From positions 2,790,001-2,854,000 of the forward strand of contig NW_027191413.1 of the NCBI RefSeq assembly GCF_041146345.1: 64,000 nucleotides of DNA, written 5' to 3'. The first letter of the stretch is position 1. Each line of letters begins with the position of its first letter. A model generated the notes under the pieces. The model made no database searches, had not been told where the DNA came from, and saw nothing but the letters and a program-made list of their open reading frames with translations. Positions 12,554-22,740 of the stretch are shown piece after piece. A program made the position numbers and the translations under genes. Source of the DNA: Neodothiora populina (Eukaryota).

Positions 12554-14695
12554 TCAACCGTGATTCTCCGCGTCCAGCCTCGCTCTGACATCCCTGACCA
12601 AAGCCTTTGCCTCTTCGACTTCGACCTCGTCCTGACAGAGCTCGTTGGCAAGCTGCGCTGCTCTCTGCCAATTTTCCCGGTAGAAACTCCATTTGGCAAG
12701 CCAGAGGCGCGCTTTACTTGTCGTCTGAGTCACGCCTATGCCGGGGTTTGCCGCTAGAGTTCCCGGTGGTAAATCGTCTTCGTCTGGCCCTTCCTCCTGC
12801 GCGAGCGTGAGCTCCATGTACGCTGCCGCTTCTTCCATGTCGTTGTCGCGCTCGTATAGCAGAGCAATTTGATATAATATCTCCGGATCGAGCGCACCCC
12901 CAACGGCTCCGACGAGTGGGTCTGCGGATGATGTGAAGCTGCCTGCTATACTGCCGTTGTCGATATAGCTTCCAGCCACAAGAGCTCTCTTGAAGGCGCG
13001 GATGGCATTCTGTAATCTGCCGCAGTGCGAGAACGAGTTCCCGACCGCTGCCCACATCTTTGGATCCCAGGGCTGTAAAGCCGCTGCTCGTTGGAAGTAG
13101 AATAGCGCGTAAGAGTGCATGTCCAACAGTTCGTACCCTTGCCCTAGACCGTACCAGGCTCTGTAGTCCTTTCTGTTCGCATCGACTGCGCGCCTGTAGC
13201 TCTCAATGGCTGCTTGTGTGTTTTTCAGTTCGATGTATTCGTGACCCATGAGAGTCCATGCAGACAGGAACTGTCTGTCCAGAGTTAGAGCGCGGCGGAA
13301 GTACATGACTGCCTTCTCGTGCTCTGATGACTGTGAGTAGTAATTCCCGATGATGCAACAGGTCTCTGGTCTGAACTTGTCGACCGACGATGCGACAGAC
13401 GCGAGGTATGCCAGTTTCGGCCTGTTGGGCATGACATATAGGATATTCGAATACGAATCCATTGCATCAAGTCGGTATCGGTGGTTAGTCAGAAGATTCG
13501 CGAATAGTTTATCCGCTTCATCGAACTCTGGGAGAGAATCAGGAATCGATCAATCATGAATTTGCGCCTTCCCAGCACGAACCTTTTGAGTGATAGTGAA
13601 GTAAAGCTCTCTGCGTTTGCAGGAAAGCGGACTTTGGAAATATAGTGCTGATCTGGTCGATTTCTCCGTATACTTGTTCGTTTGATTGGAACAACTCCTG
13701 ACTGCAGTAGATATGAAACATAAAAGTCATGATGTTTTTTGGGAGTTGTGCCGTGATGCGGGTCAGCTGCGTAAGGAAGTCAGTGGTGAAATGTCTGTCT
13801 GTGTAATTCTAGTTCATACCTCTTCCGCAGACTCTAGAAGGTCAGCGAGCTCTCGCCATGCGCCCCAATTCCAAGGGTAGAGGTTCACGCTTCTAATCAG
13901 CCATGCTCTGGCCAGGTCTTCGTTCTTGCCCTTCAGTAGTATGATGCCGTAAAGATATTCAAGGAAGCCCTGGGACGCGTCATTGCTCTCGAGACCTCCT
14001 CTCTGGTCAAGAAACTCGCCAAGGATGACAGAGATGGTTGTCAACTCTTTGTTCAGAGTGACCGGCCCGTCAGTAGGACCCAGGATCATCTCACTGTCTT
14101 CTTCTTTACGTTTCTCGCCCGCTAAGTACTTGGCGTACAATGCGAGGAATAGAGACTTTTGACTTAATCGTGGAGTCTTTGGCTTTTGAGCTGCTTTCGG
14201 CCGTGAGGTCGCGCGTTCTTTCCCTTTTGATGGTGAGCTCAAACTTAGCTTTTCCACGTCGGGCGATGCTCGCGACACAGGTTCTTGAGGCAGTAGATTT
14301 GGCAGAAGAGTAGCTGCACATCGATCGAACTCTCGACAATCAAAAAAAGACTTAGCCAGGAGGAACTTGGGCAACTCGTGCTGCTCCAAGCGCGCTTCTG
14401 CCGGATCGCTGGTGAAATTCTTGGTGCTCCAAGGATTTGGATGAGATGTCTGATCCAGAGGTGAGTCTGGCTCGGTATCCGAGCCATGGTCTTCGTCTTC
14501 ATCCGTCGCATCAGGAAACGAGTCTAGTAATTCTGCTGCCCTTCGAACCATCAACTGGGCCGTATCGAAGGCATTGGCTCAAGTAGAGACTTACCATTTG
14601 GCTGATTGATATAAACAGCGATCATTACATGCTATGATAGCCTGGTGCAGCTGAGTTTGGAGTAACAGACGCTGCTCGGATGATAGTGTCGCCAT
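12554..14695 (-). CDS. CDC23: Anaphase-promoting complex subunit 8 (Cdc23/Cut23), TPR protein
   Basis: Exons 14695-14595, 14540-13820, 13766-13583, 13527-12554. Motifs [59 protein letters not shown] and [10 protein letters not shown]. Confidence 0.95.
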
Positions 14696-15065
14696 CCGAG
14701 AAATGTTGGCTTTACGCGTTGCTCTTCAATGATTCTTCCGATCCAAGTGTGATGGCTGATAGGGAGTATACCAACAATCGGGTAGGTGTGTTCTGTGCAA
14801 TCCCTGCTACACCATTAATGGAAGATGGCACAAGTACGTTCACAACTCAGGCCAATTCAATGGCGAATCAGATCTACCTGAAGCTCCCTGTCCGGATACG
14901 AAGATGTCAGGAATACGAGCGGTTAACGCACTTTTGCCATGTGGTTTTGCGATGATCGTAGATATCATGTATATAACGGACTGTTCCTGCAGCCTAATGT
15001 CTCGGTTTCTATGGGACAAGGCTCGGCCCGCTTCCCGCATATCTTCAAAGATTCACAGATGCTAA

Positions 15066-15210
15066 TTGTTTACCGCCCCCCATTTGATTGTCGTACGATT
15101 TGACAATTGTCAGACACCGCAGTGATTGAATAACGCGACCAATCCTTCGCCATTCCTTTCCTCCGCCACTCTCGTTTGGCACTATCGCAGCCTTCTCGTG
15201 GATTGTTTAC
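15066..15210. promoter_or_regulatory. Two forkhead-type sites (TTGTTTAC) in the divergent CDC23/ERG20 promoter
   Basis: TTGTTTAC at 15066-15073 and 15203-15210; an MCB-like ACGCGT also occurs at 14714-14719. Function is inferred from the consensus only. Confidence 0.35.
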
Positions 15211-15310
15211 TGTTCGGATCGGTCCTTTCCCCACAGTCAGAGCGGTGTCTGTTTTATATCAACCCCGTGTCCAAGGCAAGCCCCTCCATACCCGACAGCA
15301 TTGCGCAACC

Positions 15311-16437
15311 ATGCCTACCACACTTAAAGAGTTCGAGAGCGTCTGGCCTCAATTGGTCGAAGATCTCAAGGCAGAATGCGGCCAGCACAAGTTGCCTGAC
15401 CAGGCACTGAACTGGTTTGTCGAGGTGAGTGCGTCCATTGCGGCACAGCCTTTTGTCGCTCCCCTGGCTGCTCCTGCCATTTTTGTATAAAGTCAGCTGA
15501 CCCTGGCTGGCAGTCACTGAACCACAACACAGTCGGAGGCAAATGCAACCGTGGCATGTCAGTCGTTGACACTGCGGCATTGCTGAAAGGCGGAGACCTC
15601 ACGAAAGAGGAATACTTCCGCTCCGCAACTCTAGGATGGATGATCGAGCTTCTCCAGGCTTTCTTTCTTGTCTCGGACGACATCATGGACAGCTCCAAGA
15701 CGCGCCGCGGCTCGCCGTGCTGGTACCTGATGCCCAAGGTCGGCATGATCGCCATCAACGACGCCTTCATGCTCGAGAGCGCCATCTACCTTCTCCTGAA
15801 GAAATACTTCCGCCAGGAGAAGAACTACATCGACCTCATCGAACTCTTCCACGAAGTCTCTTTCCAGACAGAACTAGGCCAGGCGTGCGACCTGCTCACG
15901 GCGCCCGAGGACCACATCGACCTCGACAACTTCAGTCTGGAGAAATACACCTTCATCGTCATCTACAAGACGGCGTACTACTCGTTCTACCTGCCCGTCG
16001 CGCTATCGCTGCACTTCTGCGGCGCCGCCACGGAGAAGAACCTCAAGCAGGCCCGCGACATCCTCATCCCCATGGGCGAGTACTTCCAGGTCCAGGACGA
16101 CTACCTAGACAACTACGCGGACCCGACCACCCTCGGCAAGATCGGCACCGACATCCAGGACAACAAGTGCAGCTGGCTCGTGAACCAGGCGCTGAAGCGC
16201 GCGACGGCGGAGCAGCGCGCCGTGCTGGAAGAAAACTACGGTCGTAAGAACAAGGATAACGAGGCCAAGGTCAAGGCTCTGTTCGACGAGATGAAGCTCG
16301 ACCAGGTCTACCACGCTTACGAGGAGGACAAGGTCGGCGAGATCAAGAAGATGATTGAGAACGTCGACGAGAGCGAGGGGCTCAAGAAGGGAGTGTTTGA
16401 GGAGTTCTTGCGCAAGATCTACAAGAGAAGCAAATAG
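15311..16437 (+). CDS. ERG20: Farnesyl diphosphate synthase
   Basis: Exons 15311-15424 and 15514-16437. GGKCNRG, first Asp-rich motif LVSDDIMD with RRGSPCWY, second motif [23 protein letters not shown] and C-terminal KIYKRSK. Confidence 0.97.
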
Positions 16438-16729
16438 ACAGGCTCTCTCACTCTTTTTGACTAGAGGCTGTATCCTGCGCAGTACGGCTATCTCTCAAGT
16501 ACAAAGAATTGCAAGAGCAGAGGAGGAGAAAAAGAATCTCGTTTTGACAAATACAACACCTTAATCATGCACAAGCTGCACGTCTAGCTTTCCTTTCGTT
16601 CCACGCATCTTTCGATTGTTGACTTGTGACAGACTAAAAGAGCTTGGGATTTGTCGTTTACACTACAAGAGAGAAGAGATGAAGAGAACAAGCCAAAGAA
16701 ACCACCTAGCGTCGGTCACCACTGCATGA

Positions 16730-17635
16730 TTAGTAGATATAAGGCAGTAACTTGAACGGCGTCTTCTCCTTGTACTGCCTCCACTTCTCACCATACTAGC
16801 AGCGAAGAAAAGGGTAAGTCAGCAACGATAACTCGTACCAGTAATAGCACAAGACCAAAAGACACGAAAAGTAGGAACCAGAAAAACTCACCCTCTTGGA
16901 GCAATAATCGTCCAACTCCGGGATCCCCTCGGTGATGAAGTTCCATGAAAAGAACGCAGCAGTGACAGCGCCCCAGACCCACCCACCAGCAGCGAGCGCG
17001 TATCCCGTTCTCCAGAGCGTGTAGCCCCCGTAGTTGATATGTCTAGCCAGACCGAACAGCCCGCGGTCAAACACCTTACCTTTGTTGCTCGGGTCCTGCT
17101 TGAAGTGTTTACGCTGCCACTCGGAGAAGGTCTCGGTGAAGCCTCCGAGCACGAAAAGCGTCGAGCCGACGATCAGGGGTGTCTGAGGGAAGTGTTCGCC
17201 GTTGGTCGAGGCCGACGTGGCGCTGCAGATGAAGAGGAAGGAGTTGATCGAGTTCCACACGCTGTTGAAGAGCGAGACCGTCAGCGCGGTCGAGGCGGGG
17301 AATTCTTCTTGCGAGATGCTCAGGAGCCAGTAGTTTTGCTTCAGTGAGCTGCCGACGGACATGGCGAGTAGGATTAGGCGATAGGGTGACATGCCGAGAC
17401 GGTCGATGATGGTGTTGGTTGTTATTGGCGGGCCTTGGGAGAGAGTGCGTATGCCTGCTTTGTGGAGGAGTGAGGCGCCCACGCCACGGTCGAGGATGCC
17501 ATACTGGAGGAATGGATCGAGACTGCGGAGGCCTACGAAGAGTCCAGTGCCCAGGGGACTGGGCTCTTTGATGCCTCGTTGTACCAGGCGGTGATGTTTT
17601 TGTGGTGGTGGTGATTGCTTTGCGGCGTCACTCAT
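16730..17635 (-). CDS. DUF1295 / steroid 5-alpha-reductase-like membrane protein
   Basis: Exons 17635-16892 and 16795-16730. Motif ETFSEWQRKHFKQDPSNKGKVFDRGLFGLARHINYGG; C-terminus RYGEKWRQYKEKTPFKLLPYIY; several hydrophobic segments. Confidence 0.85.
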
Positions 17636-17926
17636 TGTTGCTATTGTTTGTTCTCACAAATGGTTGGAGGAGATTCACGGGAGAGAGGGAAACTGCAAGA
17701 ACATCCAGGACGATCGGGAAGATTTCCTTTCAGATTTGAGCTCTGGAGAGTGTATTTCAGCCAAGTGAACACTCAGCTAAGATTACCTTAGGCAACGCAA
17801 GGTAAGGTGAGGTAGTTATCCATACCTTGTGTTTGAGGCACACAGATGCAGCTCGTAACTCCGAAGGATCAGGGTCTTGACGTCAACGGTCGGAGGGCGG
17901 GGAATCCTCTTTGTCCCTTTGCAGTA

Positions 17927-17966
17927 TTTCGCGTCTTCGACGACGAAGACGCGCAGAATTCGCGTA
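17927..17966. promoter_or_regulatory. Cluster of three ACGCG (MCB/SCB-like) sites with a 10-bp perfect inverted repeat upstream of the ligase gene
   Basis: TTTCGCGT 17927-34, GACGCG 17948-53, TTCGCGTA 17959-66; inverted repeat CGCGTCTTCG-acga-CGAAGACGCG at 17930-17953. Confidence 0.45.
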
Positions 17967-18089
17967 ACACTGGTGCCCAGGCCTATACCGATTAACATTA
18001 CCTCCCACATTGCATGATCATCAATTATAGCTTGAACTTGCTCCCATCGTCCAGATATATGCCAGAGCCGGACACCATGTTGATGAGTG

Positions 18090-21000
18090 ATGATCAAGTT
18101 CTTCCAAGTCTGTGGTCTGTTGGAAAGACTCGAAAACATCGCGCGCCATGACCCACCTTACAACAGCAAGGAGATAAGCGAGCACAATCTTGACGAAACA
18201 ACTAGGTGGTTCAAATCGAATCGCGAACTCATCGATGCTTCAGATGCAAAGTCCTCCTCTGCCTTTTTGTCGACGTTACTTCCGCACAAACGCAAGGATC
18301 GAGTATACGGCATCCAAAGCGCAACACTCGTCAAGATACTCGGAAGATGTCTGGGCCTGAATGCTTCGAAGCGACATGACCTCGCGCTCCACAAAATTCC
18401 CGGCAATGGGGACTTGGGTGACTGCGTCGAGCGTGTTCTCCTTAGGGGAGGCCCACCAGCAATGCATGCGGTCAGCATTGTAGAAGTGGACGACCTCATG
18501 CAATGTCTTGCCAGTCAGAACCGCTTCTCCGCTGCTAACATGCAAGCCCCCTCACGATCTCCTGATGACCGTGAGATAAGACTGAAGGTTCTCCTGTTGC
18601 GAATGACTGCCATTGAAACCAAGTGGATCACTCGGTTGATCTTGAAGGATCTTTCACCAGCTACATTAGACGAGCCCTTTGTGTTACGCCTGTTTCACTT
18701 TCTGATCTGTGATATTTTGATGATTCACAATGGAATCGAGGCAGCAACAAAAGTGCTCAAGACATCCTTCCCGAGCTACCCCAGCCAGCCTGATCCGCAA
18801 TCCCGTATCATCCTCAGGCAGACTGCGGCAGCCTCAATGAGACCGATTGTCGGCACAATGATCAGCCGTTCTGCATTCTGCAAAGCACGCTCGATACAAC
18901 ACTGCCTGAACATGACAGCCGAGCGCAGGTGGTTGATTGATCGCAAGTACGACGGAGAATATTGTCAAATACACGTTGATCTCCGCAACGAGGGCAATTG
19001 GGTCAGGATATATTCCAAGAGCGGTCGAGACTCGACACAAGACCGGAAAGGACTGCACGACACCATTCGCGAGTGCCTTCGTATAGGTACGGACAGGTGT
19101 CAAATCAAACGGCAGTGCATACTCGTCGGCGAGATGGTAGTCTACAGCGAGACGGACAAGTGTATAGTCAGCTTCGACAGGATCAGAAACCACGTATCGC
19201 GCGCCGGGATCTTTCTCGGTACAGGGCAAGACACGCCAGCCAAAGCTGGAGAGCATCTCATGATAGTCTTTTTTGACTTACTGCTTCTGGATGACGAAAA
19301 TATACTCAACCAGTTAATCGAGCAACGTAGACACCGTCTGAGCTCGCTGTACAAAAAGATCGATGGGAGAGCCCAGACATCTGAGTGCACAGTGATAGAC
19401 TTTGGAAGCCCCGGAGCAGAACGTAAGCTGATGCACCAATTTGCGGCTTCGAATGCATTACGCCACGAGGGGCTAGTGCTCAAAGCATGCGACGTTCCCT
19501 ACCTGGTCATACCCTCGTCAGGTGCGAGCAGCGACACCAGACCAACCTGTCACGCCGCCATCAAGTTGAAGAAGGATTATGTCGCAGGAATGGGAGACGA
19601 GGCAGATTTCGCCGTGATAGGGGCATCCTACAGTGCTCAAGAAGCCAACAAACGTCCAGAGCTCGATCTCAGCTGGACGCACTTCCACCTCGGTTGCCTC
19701 GTGAATGAGGCTGATGTCACAAGACTCCAAGTCGATCCGATATTCAAGATCGTGGGAACGATCTCGATGGATCAGTGCATTCCAGTTGCCATCTTGCAGC
19801 AGATCAATGCTGAAGGCAAGTTTTTTGCTGAACGACCGGCCTCAAGTTTGCGTGTGCATGCTGATCAGACATTTCAACCCGATGTATACTTCTCAAAGCC
19901 GTTTGTCTTCGAGGTGCTCGGGAGCTCTTTCTGCAGACCATCTGACTCTGGCTTCTACATGCTGAGACACCCTCGCGTCAAAAAAATGCATGGTGACAGA
20001 AGCTGGCGTGAATGTATCACCTTTGATGAACTGCAAGATGCGGCTCAAGAAGCATTGAGTGCGCCTATGGGTAGTGAGTCACAAGAGAAGCTTGAGTGGA
20101 TGGCACGGTTGGAACGCAGCTGCAAACGCAAGTTCGCAGAGATAAGCCGCAACGTTACCCCAACGTCTGCGCGAAGTGTGCCAACCCCTCGAAGCATGTC
20201 AGTCATGAAAAGTCGCAAGCGTGAGGCACTCGAACCGACAGCGGTATACGAAGATGATGTACAGTCATCGCCTCTGGCGCCCATTCGTCCCTTGCAACTC
20301 ACTAGAGGGTCAAGACTAGCGTCACAAGGCATTGTCCCGTTGCCAACTCCCGCCTCATCCTCACCCTTGCGAGATAGGCTTCCAGGCACAACCAATGTCT
20401 TGCCGGAAGGACGATATAGCTCAACACCATCGCAGGTCCACGAGCGATGTCTGCTTCAAGACGAGAATGCAGTTGCAGCCGATGCTAGTGGGAGAAATGG
20501 TGAATCGCCGCAGAAAAGACGTCACCAAGGACCGAAGGTTGTTAAGGCAATGCAGACAGCAGCCAAGATCTGTCCGGCTCAAAATGGGGTGCCAACGAAG
20601 GCAGCACCGGGAGAGAACAACAAAAAAGTCGCCGAAGATGTGAGAGAAGCTTGCCGACTCTTTCATAATACAGTCGTGTACACAGCAGGAGATGTGGAAG
20701 AGAGCAAGGATTTGATGCAAAAGCTGGAAGCAATCGGTGTCACTGTCGTCCCAAACCTGGCACATTGGGATCGAGACTCAGATTGTCACCGTCACCTTGA
20801 GGAGACGGTCAGCGAGAGCCAGGCATTCCCAGGTCTTCAAAAGGTTGTACTTGTAGACGGAAAGCAGATCAAGAGTGCATGCTCTACAGTGACCAAAGCA
20901 ATGCGTCTCAATCGAGGACATTTTCGGGAGAGTATAGAATTCTACGACCGTCGGGTTGCTCATGTAGATGAACAATCTGACAGGATCGGGGGCGGAGAAG

Positions 21001-21128
21001 CAAATAAGCAATCGTCAGCGAAGTGGAAGATGGGGACCTTGATGTACGACGAAAAGTCTGGAAGAAGTCGGTTTGTGCCTGCAGGCGTCGGGGGCGATTC
21101 AAGGGCGGAAACGACTTTTGGCATGTGA
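18090..21128 (+). CDS. Uncharacterised fungal ATP-dependent DNA ligase-like protein (DBD + adenylation + OB fold), intronless, ~1012 aa
   Basis: Nucleotidyltransferase motifs I RKYDGEY, III ILVGEMV, IIIa FFDLLLL, IV EGLVLK, V IKLKKDY and VI LRHPRVKKMHGDR. N-terminal DBD features DRVYGIQ, GDLGD and ETKWITRLILKDL. First in-frame ATG is 18090. Confidence 0.9.
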   Translation: MIKFFQVCGLLERLENIARHDPPYNSKEISEHNLDETTRWFKSNRELIDASDAKSSSAFLSTLLPHKRKDRVYGIQSATLVKILGRCLGLNASKRHDLALHKIPGNGDLGDCVERVLLRGGPPAMHAVSIVEVDDLMQCLASQNRFSAANMQAPSRSPDDREIRLKVLLLRMTAIETKWITRLILKDLSPATLDEPFVLRLFHFLICDILMIHNGIEAATKVLKTSFPSYPSQPDPQSRIILRQTAAASMRPIVGTMISRSAFCKARSIQHCLNMTAERRWLIDRKYDGEYCQIHVDLRNEGNWVRIYSKSGRDSTQDRKGLHDTIRECLRIGTDRCQIKRQCILVGEMVVYSETDKCIVSFDRIRNHVSRAGIFLGTGQDTPAKAGEHLMIVFFDLLLLDDENILNQLIEQRRHRLSSLYKKIDGRAQTSECTVIDFGSPGAERKLMHQFAASNALRHEGLVLKACDVPYLVIPSSGASSDTRPTCHAAIKLKKDYVAGMGDEADFAVIGASYSAQEANKRPELDLSWTHFHLGCLVNEADVTRLQVDPIFKIVGTISMDQCIPVAILQQINAEGKFFAERPASSLRVHADQTFQPDVYFSKPFVFEVLGSSFCRPSDSGFYMLRHPRVKKMHGDRSWRECITFDELQDAAQEALSAPMGSESQEKLEWMARLERSCKRKFAEISRNVTPTSARSVPTPRSMSVMKSRKREALEPTAVYEDDVQSSPLAPIRPLQLTRGSRLASQGIVPLPTPASSSPLRDRLPGTTNVLPEGRYSSTPSQVHERCLLQDENAVAADASGRNGESPQKRRHQGPKVVKAMQTAAKICPAQNGVPTKAAPGENNKKVAEDVREACRLFHNTVVYTAGDVEESKDLMQKLEAIGVTVVPNLAHWDRDSDCHRHLEETVSESQAFPGLQKVVLVDGKQIKSACSTVTKAMRLNRGHFRESIEFYDRRVAHVDEQSDRIGGGEANKQSSAKWKMGTLMYDEKSGRSRFVPAGVGGDSRAETTFGM

Positions 21129-21770
21129 CGGGCCGTGGGAGCGGTGAGTGGTACAAGTAATGGTAAGGTAGTGCAGCAAGATAGCATGATACAGGGCAGC
21201 GATTAGCCCTTTGAGTCGATTAAAAGCTTGATAAAGCTCTATCTTGACTCTGTTATCAAGGTGTCGGCATCAAATCATTTTGTGGAAGGTACTCGGCTAT
21301 TGCACGTCGAATTAGAATTGAGCTTGTAGCAGTATCCAAGCCACGGTACAGTATGTTGCACGCAATCAGCAGACCACCGCGTACTTTCTTCTCTCGATTT
21401 AGAACGACTTGTATTCTTATTACCGGGAATAACATGAGGGAAACTCAAGTAAGGCATTCGCACTGTAGCGGCTTCCGTCGGTCTTGGTGTAGAGTAGGTA
21501 CAGTACCCAAGGTACCTTAGGTAGAACAATGGTAGAGTATCCTCGGTGACGGAATGGCCCCTCTGACTCAAGACTGGAAGGTTAGTGGCTGCTGGATTAG
21601 GTCATCGGTCTTTATTAGCACCCGATCACATTGACTGACTACCTACCTTGTCGCTCTGTTACAACTACAGTACTGCACATTCTGTACCTATACCGTACCT
21701 TTATCGTGCAGCAGGAATACCAAAGTCAACTCAAGGCATTCTTCCTGATGATATTGACAGGTTGAGATTC

Positions 21771-21794
21771 TGATACTCTGATACTCTGATACTC
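21771..21794. repeat. (TGATACTC)3 tandem repeat
   Basis: Three perfect 8-nt copies read directly. Confidence 0.85.
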
Positions 21795-22740
21795 ACTGCT
21801 TCTGTGGCTGCCTGTTCCCAAACTTCACGCATCCGGACTGCGTCCATAACACTCTACATTGTCTTGGCGGGGGTGCCCAGATAACCATCACACAGTTGAT
21901 TGACCTACAGCATTGCCATTTCGCTCTGCCGACATTTGCGGCTGTCGCTACCCTTTGGAAATCATCTCCGGTGCGCCCTTGACCTCTAAACTCTTGACGG
22001 TGGTCAGTCCACGTCGCCGACCAGCGGAACACGAGTCATTCCATCAGCCAGCCTCTGTCAAAAGGTCATTCGGTTCCGGCACAGCAGCCAGAGGCTAGCA
22101 TTCCCAGGCAGAAGAGAAGACCGTTATACAGAGCCTGACACGAACGTGCGTTCGTCAGAGAAAGGACGGAAACAGGAAGAGACAAAAGATACCAAGGCAA
22201 CAGTCGGATCATAATCTGGCGGCGTAAACAAGCACAAGCACAAGCGAGCCAGCGACAAGAGCAGGACTGGCCGAAGAGAGTGGCAATACGAAAAGACAAG
22301 CGAAACAAAAGAAACATAGATAAAGTTGAGGGATCCCCAGTCAAAGAGTCTCCGGCCGGTTCAGGTCGTGTAGACTCTTCGGAACCAAACCGCCCTCAGT
22401 CAGACTGGCTGACAACCGCCGAATCAACGTTTCTTCTCCCTCTCTTTCTCCGCCCCCTCCTCCTCCGCCTCCTCTTCCCCCCTCACTTTCTCCACCTGCT
22501 GCTCCCTCTGTTCCCGTTCTACCAAATTACGGTCCGAGCACGATTGTCCCTCCGATCCAGCCGACGCGAGATCTCCACGCTTCGTTGACCTCCCCGAACA
22601 AGCGGCGCCGCAGTCCTTCGCCATCACCGCTCTCTGCCGCTGTTCCTGCGTTGCCTTTGTTGTCAGCGACACCTTCACATCTTGATTCGCCTCCTGCCAA
22701 GCGACACAAGGGTGCAGCATCTGCCTCGTACCCCGAGAAT

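Noticed and set aside
15636..16247. Overlapping alternative-frame and antisense ORFs over ERG20 (likewise SDH3, rhgA, DUF4048)
   Set aside because: Shadow ORFs caused by strong GC3 codon bias.
15311..17635. ERG20 plus reductase-like gene as a terpene biosynthetic cluster
   Set aside because: No cyclase, P450 or transporter nearby, and the flanking genes are housekeeping.
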